Shown here piece by piece: positions 54,003 to 64,000 of a stretch of DNA of 64,000 nt (positions are counted from its first letter, which is position 1; each line of letters opens with the position of its first letter). A program made the position numbers and the translations under genes. The DNA comes from the human T2T-CHM13v2.0 reference genome, Homo sapiens, in NCBI RefSeq assembly GCF_009914755.1, contig NC_060934.1. The stretch is one strand, 5' to 3'. The notes under the pieces were generated by a model. That model made no database searches and was not told the origin of the DNA. It saw only the letters and a program-made list of their open reading frames with translations.

Positions 54003-55044
54003 CACATCAAGTGAGGTGGTTGCTTCTTTAGAGGATTTGGGGTCCCAGAAAGGAGGTGAGGAAAGTTGCTGGCCATACACCTACTGAAAGACGGGGTCTG
54101 GGGAGAAGACAGACACAGCCTGCCACCTTTGCTGACCCACAGGGACTCAGGGAGATGAGAGCATGTGCATTAAGAGCCAGATGGAGGCAGGAAGGAGTGG
54201 TGGCCTGAGGACGTCCACAGAGTCAGGAAGGCGGGACCTCCAGTGGGACCCTCATCTCAGCCCAGCCGACCACTCACCCTTTGGCCAAGCCTGGGAAGGA
54301 ACGCTGGGCCGGCACTCACATCCATTCATTATTCCATTTAATCCTCACCACAACCCTGCAAGGAAGGTTTTTTTATTCGTATTGATTTGCTTATCGATTT
54401 AGACCCAACCTTGTTCTAGAAAGCCTTTAAGGTGGCTTATAGGGATTTTCAAAACAGCAAGAGAGCAAGAGTGAAAAATGAGGCACAGAGAAGAGGAGGA
54501 ATCAATGGCGGGTACTAAGAATGCATGCACCATGTGACCACATGCCAGGCTGGGCTGAGCGGGGCTCTGAGCTTTCTCACTGAAAGCCAGCGTGAAAGGA
54601 GAGCCAGTCAGCTCACAGCGCCCACGGGACACGTATAAGTCTAAAAGGATCAGCTTCTCAGGAGTACAGCTGGTGTGGCACTCAGATGAGGCAAGAATTT
54701 TCCCAGGGGTGTTTATTAAAAATGACAGTGTAGCCTAATCAATAACACTAGATCCTTATAATTAATGGGGTTTGAGTGTCTGTTTCTTATAATAGCATCA
54801 AAGTACAATTCAGCAAATGCATTTCTATAAGGACTCACACCAGGAACTAAGTAGGGAAGAGGGAGAAGGCAGAGGCAGACTCCAGGTAGGCCCAGTCTAT
54901 GCAAAGACGCTGGGGCATGAGAGAGCCTGGTATGACTGGGGAGGAGCAGAGGCTCTGGGAAGCAAGTGTCAGCTGGGAGAAGCCTCACACAGGCCGGGGA
55001 GAGTGATGGGATAGAACAGAGAGGGCTGTGATATGACCATCTTT

Positions 55045-55355
55045 TTAATTATTTTGTTTATTTATTTAGAGACAGCATCTCACTCTGTCACTCAGGCTGG
55101 AGTGCAGTCACTCAATCACAGCTCACTGCACTGTTGAAATCCTGGGCTCAGGTGATTTTCCTCTCTCAGCTTCCTGAGTAGCTGGGACTACAGGCGCATG
55201 CTACCATGCCTGGCTAATTTTTTAAAAAATATTTTTGTAGAGACAGGGTCTCACTATGTTGTCCAGGCTGGTCTCAAACTCCTGGGTTCAAGTGATCCTC
55301 CCTCCTCAGCCTCCCAAGTAGCTGGGACTAAAGGCACGGGCACTGTGCCCAGCTC
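55045..55355 (-). mobile_element. Alu (AluJ-like)
   Basis: Alu dimer; TSD tgaccatcttt at 55034-55044 and 55356-55366. Confidence 0.92.
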
Positions 55356-55915
55356 TGACCATCTTTCAGGCTTTGTTCTGGGGCACCAAAGCTTAAAGAG
55401 GAAAGACACAGCCCCCAGGCAGGCAGGCAGCAGGTGATGCCAACGGCCATCAAGAGATAAGAGATGGCCCAAAGCTGGGTGTGGAACTGTCCCACCCTGG
55501 CCAGTCAGCCCACAGCCGGAACCAGCCCTCATCGTTTAAATGAAGACAGGAAAGTGAATTTGGGGCCCCAGGAGAGGCCAGAGGAAAACAGGTGAACCTT
55601 GGAAGCCTCAGGAAAATGCAGCCTGATGGCAGCAAAGCGGGTGGTAGAAGGAGCCTGCACCTGTAGAGAGAAGGACCAGGTTCAACTCCTGCTTCTGCTA
55701 TTGACCAACCATGGACCTCGAGAAGTTCTGCACCTGAGAGCTTCAGGTGTCCTATTTGTAAAATAACTACCACGTGGGACTTTGGAGAAGATTGTGAATT
55801 GATGTACTTAAGCTTCTGAATCACAACCTCCGTTTAGCAGCATTCAAGAAATGCGGGCTGTTGTCCCTGCCCGAAGCACAGCCTAAGCAACCCTAAGGCT
55901 CTGTTGTTTCAAGCT

Positions 55916-55934
55916 TTCCCACGAGGGGGCGCCA
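55916..55934 (+). promoter_or_regulatory. Candidate CTCF motif
   Basis: TTCCCACGAGGGGGCGCCA, close to consensus; two CpGs retained. Confidence 0.55.
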
Positions 55935-58559
55935 GAAGCCTTCCCTGGACCTGGATGCCTCAACCACATCGCAAACTAGCAGAACAAAGCTATTCTCTTT
56001 TTTTTTCTTTTTGCTCCAACTGACTTCCTACCTTGCCAATACTTGTCTCATCTTTCCCAAATCCCTTTGAAATAAAGTTTATCATGTCTTCTGCCCCTGG
56101 TCTGTGTGGAAACCCCCCAAAAGCACCACCTAAGCCTTTCCCCATCAGTTTTCCGGGAGCTCTGGGCCACCTTCATCTTCCTCAGACCCAGTCATTGCTG
56201 CCCGTCCTCCTCCCACGCGGCCTTGTCAAACGCCCTGAAGTGAGGAGATGGCCAGGATGTGTCTGGGCAGAATGAGACACCCTGAGAACTGCCGTCCTGG
56301 AAGCGGGCGGGATCTGCGACTGGAAGGACAAACAGCCAAGCCCAGGGCAGCCAGGGCCTGTCCCAGCCCGGGGAAGCGGAGCCAGACAGGGGTTCAGAAG
56401 GAGGGCAGGGGCAGGACAGTGACGAGGGCACCATGACAGATCCCCAGAGTCAGACCCAGGACAGCGCTGGGGAGATACAGGGCTGGGGCAGAAGCTGAAG
56501 GGCGGGACAAGGTCCCAGACTTCTGACAAGCACCTGGGGGATGCGGGGATGCTGGTCCAGGGAGCACTCACGGAGAGGCCAGGGTGCTGAGGACAAAGCC
56601 CACAGCTGGGTGTCACAGGGGAGACTTGGCTCCACTCACTTAAATCGTGTGGTCTCGGGCAAGTCATGTAACCTCTCTGGCCCCAGTTTTCTCATCTGCA
56701 ACATGGGGATGGAAAGCGGCACTTATGTTGCAGGATCTGATGGGAGAGGTGCCGCTGCCTACTCCCTCACCTCTGCTGACATTCCTCCAGTTTCCCAGAC
56801 CCCTCCTGACATCCACAGGACCTGTGTACTTGCTGTGGCTTCTGCCTGGGATACTCTTCCCTCACCTTCACCCAGGAAACGCTATTTATCCTTCACACCT
56901 CAGTCTACAAACACCTCCCCTGAGCCTGAGTCAGCTGCTCTATCTGCAACAGGCTCCTAGCACCCCCACTTTTACTTTTCGGCACAACCCAGGCTTGTAA
57001 TAAAATACAGGTGCACCGAATGTGATGAAGTACTGACTCTGGTGAACGTCCATCTCCCTCTCCAGACCATAACCTCCCAGCAGACACTCTCCTTCACTTT
57101 CCCTTATATCCTGGCACATTGCAGAGACTTAGTAATTTTTAGCTGAATGAACTAAAATGGATCCTTACATGAGTCCTCTGCTCTAATCCCTCTCCGTTTT
57201 CCCGGCCAAAACAAGTAGTTAGGACTGGCCAAGGGAGAGGCAGGAGCTCAGGGCCAGACAGGCTGGCTGTGCATGGCGAGAGACCACAGCTCCCCACCTA
57301 TGCTGCGGCCACTTGTACCTGCTCTGCCTAACCAGGCTGCAGACCCAGTGAGATGCAGGCTCAGAAGGGGAAGGCAGGCACGAGCAAGCACTTGTTATTG
57401 TGGATGATGTAACAATCGCACCTCTTCCCTTCACACATCCTTCAGGATATTAACAACCAACACCCTCAAGTGGTTCCAAGTTCACACCAGCTCAAGGCAA
57501 GGGCCCTGCAGACAAAGCATGAACCCCATTGCCAAGATCAAGCACCCCAGGAGGCAAGCTCCACCAAGAGCAGCCCCCACTTGGCCTGGAAGCATCGGGC
57601 AACCCCAGTCGGCCGCCCGCCCCTGAAGACAAGGGGGCCGCCAGGCCCACACCCTGACTTGGCACCATCCCCAGGCACCCTGCTCTGGCTGCCCCTCCTT
57701 CTGCACACTCTGCCAATCCCCCCATCCTCTCCCAGGGCTGGAGGAGGCAGGGGTTGGGGAAGCTGAGGTCAAGACCCCATGTTCTGGCTGCTAATCTGCC
57801 TTCACGCTCTAACCTGATTGGTCCCTGCTGGCAGACCAGCCTCTAAGGGGATTAGCAGTGGGGGCAGGGGTGGGAGTACACAGAGGGCTGCTGGGCACCT
57901 GCCAAGGCTGGACTGGGCTCTGGGTTCTTGCTGCCCACTCGGGCGCCACTGCAGGGCACAGGCCTTACTTTGTCTGCCTTTCATGCCACATGGAAGCTCT
58001 GGGCAGCCTGGCCTGTCCCCTCGGCCCCCTGCAGCCCGAGTGGTTACCTTGAACCAGGGCACCCCAAGGGTACCAGGGCACCTCATCTGGGGGCTTAGAT
58101 CCTTGTCAGAAGATGGTTGGATTAAGGACTCAGGCTCTGGCCTCATGCACATCTTCTAACCCCCAAGCCTCAGTCTTCTCATGGTAAAATGGGAATAATT
58201 ATCATATGGCTTAACCACAGCTGAGTGTGGGGCCTCAGCCAGGACTGGCAGAGTTGGCTGCCATTGCCCACACTTTAATAATTGTCTTTTGGGCTCTGTA
58301 GGGAGGAGGAGGGAGGGTCAGGGCCTGGGAGTCAGGAGGCTGAGGCTCAAGGCCGCCAACCCACTCCATGACCTCTGGCAGGACCACAGTTAGTTCCCAA
58401 CATCTGCAACAATACTGACCTCCCAGGGATGCTGGGAGGATGGGATTACATGCTGTGTGTGTCACACACTCAGCGTGCCCACTGGTAGCTGGTGCCAGCA
58501 CGGGGCAGCCTCACACGACTGTTATCAATAAGTGGCTGCCCGGGATTCCACTGCAGATA

Positions 58560-58710
58560 ACTCAGCAAGTGAGTCCCTGGCACCTGGTGGATTGGCAGCA
58601 TCGTCATCCCCGGGAAGTTTGATAGAAAAGCAGATTTTCTGGGTCCCACCTCCTGAGTCAGGATCCCTCAGTGTCTCAGGTGCACACTGAAGTCTGAGAA
58701 GTGCTGCCTC
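58560..58710. mobile_element. MER5A-like hAT-Charlie fragment
   Basis: gcagcatc ... tagaaaagcagattttctgggtcccacc ... gcacactgaagtctgagaagtgctg. Confidence 0.6.
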
Positions 58711-59875
58711 CAGCAGAGGAAAGGTGTAAAATGTTTTAATGTCCCCAGCTGGAGCCAAAGCAAACCAGATTATAACCTCTGTACTGGTTAGCATTTCAAA
58801 GCAAGGGTTGGAGGTGCCAACTCCTATTCTTTGGGGGCTGAGGTGGGGAGACTTAGACACAGACACCCCTAGTGAGTGGAGAGAGGGAAGAGCAGCTACC
58901 AACCCCTCAGCTGCAGCTCACCAAGGCCCGCCTTCCTGAGGAACAGAAAAGGCACCCACAGGGCTGGTGGGGGGCAGGGACCAGCCACTACATTTGTCCC
59001 ACAGGCCCTTCCTGCATTTCTGCCAATTTGCATGGAAGATGCCTGAGGGCACGGGTGAGGAGCAGGTGTGGGGCTCCCTGGTGAATCAGCTCCAGCACTC
59101 ACAGCAGAGGAAGACTTGGCATCTCCAGCATTGCCAGGAGGTCAGGAGTCCCAGCCCTGGCTCCCTGCTCAGGCCAGGGAATGGGAGACAGACTCCTAAG
59201 GACTGTCTGTGCTCCAGGGCCCTGCTGCAGGATGGCTTGGCAGGAGGGAGGCTATCAATACCCATGGGTGGGACGCTGGGATGCACATGCTGCTCAGAGA
59301 TGCTCCTGGGATCTCGCTGGACCATCCCGCCTTTGTCTCTGCCGGTTCTTCACACCTCCCTTTAGATCCTATGCCTCCCACGTAGAAGGGGAATTAATTC
59401 TGCAAGTACCCCTCCCTGCCTGCTCTCTCCAGCCCATGAAACAACACTCAAGTGCCCCAGATCTACCCTGTGTGCATACTGCATGTGTGCACGCCTGTCT
59501 CCAGGTCAGGGACTAGGTCTAATTCACCTTCAAGGTGGGTTCTGGAGAGCATTCGATGATAAGAACCTGCATTGTGCTGCCTTGGGCCTCAACCCAGAGG
59601 CCAGGGCTTTGTCCACTCACAAACCTCAGGTGCTCCCAGAAGATGCAAGTAGAAAGCTTATCAGTCAGCTAATTCTCAGTGTGAATCTGTTTGTTTCATC
59701 TTCTCCAGAAGTTCAAGCTCAGGTAGGGGCCAGGGCCAGGGTGCAAAGCAGACCCAGCAGTGGTGTCAAAGAGACCACACTGGTGCAGTGAAGGGGGAGT
59801 GGGTCCCGCCTGCCACAAGCCCAGTTTCCTTTAATCTGGTCCTCTACTTCTCTGTCTTGTGAAAATACAGGACGG

Positions 59876-60171
59876 AACCGGGGGCCGTGGCTCACACCTA
59901 TAATTTCAGCACTTTGGCAGGCTGAGGTGGGAGGATGGCTTGAGGCCAGTTTGAGATCATCATGGGCAACATAGTGAGTGAGAGCCCATCTCTCCAAACA
60001 GCTAACAAAATCAGCGAGACATGGTGATGTCTGCCTGTAGTCCTAGCTACTCGGAGGCTAAGGCAGGAGGATTGTTTGAGCCTAAGAGTTCAAGGTTACA
60101 GTGAGCTATGATCATGACACTGCACTCCAACTTGGGTGACAGAGTGAGACTCCATCTCTTAAAAAAAAAAA
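59876..60171 (+). mobile_element. Alu (AluJ-like)
   Basis: Alu dimer with poly-A. Confidence 0.9.
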
Positions 60172-60715
60172 TCACACAGGACAGGATAGATCCTGGGAGC
60201 TGCCTTTGCCACCTCCACTAGGCTTGGCTGCGGTCCTTTGAGTGGCAAGTTCCCCTTCCTAATCCTGGGTGCTCTCCTGCTCCCCTTCTCTGCAACCCTG
60301 ACTGCCTTGAGCCAGACCAGCTGGAGCAGATGGCAGGGTCATCAGATCAGCGAGTTTCCCTAAAGGAAGTCTCAGGGCGCAGTAGCTAGTCTGGGAGCAG
60401 AGCCCTGCAGCCTGGATTCAAAACGAAGCTCAGCACCAACTGATGCCTCTTTGGGCCTCAGTTTCCTTTTCTGTAACATAAGTTTGTAAGAGGAGACTGG
60501 CACACGGTGGGTGACAATCAGTTGTATTGTCCGTGAGGCTTCCAACTGCCGCTACTAAATCCTGAGTGGTACAGCTCTGTGACTCTGACTGAAGAAATGA
60601 CTGCTCCCTCTCCTTTACCACCTCTTCCACTCCTAAGAGAATGATAAGATTCACGGAATTAAAGCTCACACATGCTCTGTGAGGTCTGGAGATTTTTTTT
60701 CAATTATCGAACTAC

Positions 60716-61030
60716 AGTCTGGGCACAGTGGCTCATGCTTGTAATCCCAGCACTTTGGGAGGCCGAAGCAAGAGGATCACTGGAGCCTAGGAATTTGAGG
60801 CAACCTGGGCAACATAGCAAGACCTGGTCTCCACAAAAATGTTTTTAAATAATTAGCCAGGTGTGTTAGTGTGTCTGTGGTCTCAGCTACTCAGGAGGCT
60901 GAGTTGGGAGGATTGTCAAGCCAAGGAGGTGGAAGCTGCAGTAAGCTGTGATCATGCCACTTCACTCCAGTCTGGGCAACAGAGTGAGACCCTATCTCAA
61001 AAATTTAAAAAATAAATAAATAAAATAAAA
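60716..61030 (+). mobile_element. Alu (AluJ-like)
   Basis: Alu dimer with AT-rich tail. Confidence 0.9.
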
Positions 61031-63641
61031 TGTGGAACAGCCAACATGGTCCCAGGGAATTCCTGATGTCCAAGTTCCTGCAGGTGGTTTGGGGGCCTGA
61101 CACTGTGGATGGTGGGGTCTGAGCTCTGCCCTTATTCATCCCACCCACATTTACTGAGCACCCAACATGTGCCAGGTCCCATCAGCTGGAGAGGTGCGCC
61201 CCTTCCCTGCCCACCGCGAAGCCACAAACCCTCCTGTGGCAGCCCCCTCCTTCTCCCTCCACCACCACCAGAGTTAATGTTGCAGAAACCTCATCAGGCA
61301 GAGACATTAAGCAGCCTTGAATGGCCGCAACATAAAAGCACCCAGGGTAACATTTCCTTGAACCCGGCTGTTTGCTATGCAGCTACTGAGCATGCGTTCC
61401 CCCAACAGAGATATCAGGGGCACATCCCACAAGGCAGCCCTGCTTTGAAGTGAAAGTTCAGCCCTGCCAAGGAACAGCAGCTCAGAGGCTAGAGTCCCAC
61501 TAAGCAGTGAGAGGCTCAGGGGCACACAGAAGACACAACTAGCTTCGTCCTTCAACTCTACCTACTGCAAGTGGCAGACATGAGTCCCAGCCACTAAGGC
61601 AAGGGCACAGCAGCAGGCAACGAGGGTGAATGAAGCAGGCAGAGGAATGCAGGCCCCTCTGCATGTGAACACCAGGGCGAGGCCTCCGGGCTTACTCAAC
61701 ACCAGGTGCTGGGCGCGGAGACCTTGGAGGCCCCTGGTGACCTGCTAGTCCTGGGCGGGAATGCACCGGGGAGTATGAGAGGCAAGGCTCCTGTCCCAGG
61801 CACCTACAAGGAACAGTTAGGACCAGTGACTTCAGAAGTTCCCAGGCCAGACACACAATGGTGGGGGAAGGGGAGGTGGTGCAGGAGGACAAAGAATTGA
61901 TGTATAGAGAAAAGGACATGAGCTTTGGAGCCAGAAAACCCTGGGCTTGACTCCAAGCCCTACCATTTACTGCCTGTGTGACCTTGGGCAAGTTACTTAA
62001 CCTCTCTGAGTCTGGTTACTCATGGGTAGAGGAGGGTTAATCACATCTCCCTCTTGCTGAGTTGCGAGGATTAAATACCATATGTACCACTTATATAAAG
62101 CTCAAAATAGGCAAAACTAATCTATGCTGTTGGAAGCCAGGATTGTAGTTAGTCGGGATGGGGGGTGCAGGGATTTGTGGCTGGAAGGAGGTACAGGAGG
62201 CTTCTAGGAACTCATGATGTTTTACTTTTTGATCTGGTGCTGGTTACATGAGTGTGTTCACTTTGAGAAAATGTGGTGAGCTGTATACTCACTGGCACAC
62301 TTTTCAGAATATATGTTATACTTCAATTAAAAGTTTTAAAAAGTAACATGGGAAGCACTGATTCCAGCACCTGGTGCTTTGTAGGCATTCAACAAATGCC
62401 AGTGCCCTCCCTCTCCAGTCCCTGCTGGAGGAGACAAATGCAGAAAAAATCTGCCAAGTGACAAATACTCCAAGAAGCCAGGCTCACAATTTTAAGCAGT
62501 GGGAAGATTCCCAGGCTGAGAGGAAACTGCACGGAGGACAGTGTGGCAGAAACAATCCCCAGCCAACAGTGAGGAGGGACTGGGGCCAGCTTCCAACAGA
62601 CACAGAGGCGGAAATGGGAAAATGGGCACTGTGCAGATGTGAGTATCTGACTGTGCCAGGTGAAGATGCTGCATCTTCCAGAGTCTCTAGTACAGCAATA
62701 CCGGTTCAGGTTCTGTGTCTTCCTGGAGAACAGGCACAGCACCCTGCTCTGGGACAAGACTTCCAGGTCATGGGGTAGAACTACAGGAGCAAGGATCTGG
62801 GAGAGCCAGGGCTGGAGTATGGGAAATAGGCCAATGGAATAGCCTTCAGAGTAGGTCCAAATGCCTTCTCTGCCTTGTTGCAGGAAGCAATGAGGGTATG
62901 TTGTAAAATAGAGAAAACAGAAATCAAAGAAGTAAAAAGAATAAAGACAGAAATAGGTAGAAATATCAAACAAAAGAGAGGTGCAGCCTGCAAAGCCCTT
63001 TGCATCTGCTACCAATGGGCCCCGGGCTTCTCACAGCCTAGGGGGACTTCGGGGAATGGTATCTTACACAATTTAGCAAGTCTATGGATAAAACAGCTTG
63101 GGAGCAGAGTGGCCTTTCCTGGGTCTAAAACCAAGCACAGAGGCCTCCTACAAGTCTTTATAAAGGGATGATCACAGGACATCGTTTCCTGCAAGGAGCT
63201 CCCTGCTATCCCCTGCCAAAAAATAGAGATGACTGTGAGAGAGAAAAGCAATACCCTCACTAGCATCCCCAGCGGGGGCCCAAGAACACTCAGCCACACC
63301 TTCCAAGTCACATGAAGCTAAGTCACAGGTCAGCTAATTCTGCAAAGGATCAATTTGCTAAATTTCTTTGTTTCCTTTAACAGTTTGGTTTTAGTTGGGC
63401 AGTTTCCCATTTCCCTTCACAATAGCCTTTTAAGGACAGTCAGATTGCCCCACCCCAGCCACTTCCTGTAGGAAGACTCCAAGCTCCACCATTCCTCTGT
63501 AGGAAGAGGCTGGGGCGGGTTCACTATAGTTCAAACACCCGGAGCTGGGGCAGAGACAAATGGAACAGTTCTTAAACTGCTGTAATAAAGACAAAATGCA
63601 AACCAGTCAACTCACACCAAATAGTTAAAAGAAATAAATCA

Positions 63642-63737
63642 ATTTGACGTATTGGTCATTTGACAAATTGGCCATTCCATGAATTGACTTTTGGGGCAAA
63701 TTGGCTTTTAGCAAAAATGGCATTTGGCAAATTGGTC
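63642..63737. repeat. Degenerate ~16-bp tandem array, 6 units (consensus ~ATTTGGCAAATTGGYC)
   Basis: atttgacgtattggtc/atttgacaaattggcc/attccatgaattgact/tttggggcaaattggct/tttagcaaaaatggc/atttggcaaattggtc. Confidence 0.7.
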
Positions 63738-64000
63738 TGCTTCTGTCACAGCAATGCATTTCACAGGGCAATTACTCACATGCTCCCAGCCCGGGCTTAT
63801 GGCCTGGTACCCGATCTCAGGAGAAGTCGTTCTGCAGGGTCAGTGCCACCACCTACTACGCTGCTCTTTGCTGGACTGGCTCAAGCCAGGTGGGTTTTAG
63901 GGTATTTTGAAGAATGCACAGGCTACGCAACAGGCAGGCCACCCTTCACACGCATCACTTTTCTCAGGAAAGCTCATCCAGATTCTGAGGGGCAGACTCT

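Noticed and set aside
63642-63737. CRISPR-like array
   Set aside because: Contiguous degenerate units with no spacers, eukaryotic context, no cas genes.

Overview
Primate genomic DNA, most likely human (Alu-rich; encoded peptides match human SLIT1 as I recall it). The whole window lies inside SLIT1 (slit guidance ligand 1), transcribed on the minus strand. I mapped 24 coding exons by hand (exons 5-28 by conventional numbering; 2556 nt, 852 codons), all with GT-AG boundaries and a continuous frame. They encode the C-terminal part of LRR domain D1, all of D2-D4, EGF1 and most of EGF2. 48979-64000 is part of the large intron 4. Introns carry about 20 Alus, MaLR solo LTRs, L1M/L2/MIR/MER pieces and decayed CR1/L3 ORF2 relics. 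Best leads: (1) a candidate 12-nt in-frame neural microexon in intron 8 (45003-45014), at the same linker position and size as the SLIT2 DEEE insert; (2) a ~200-bp local duplication with two L2-derived REST/RE1 motifs near exon 5; (3) a post-integration inverted duplication inside an MST LTR that gives a ~190-bp hairpin; (4) several splicing-regulatory repeat arrays. No RNA gene, CRISPR array or second protein-coding gene is supported. Repeat family calls are by eye and their edges are approximate.
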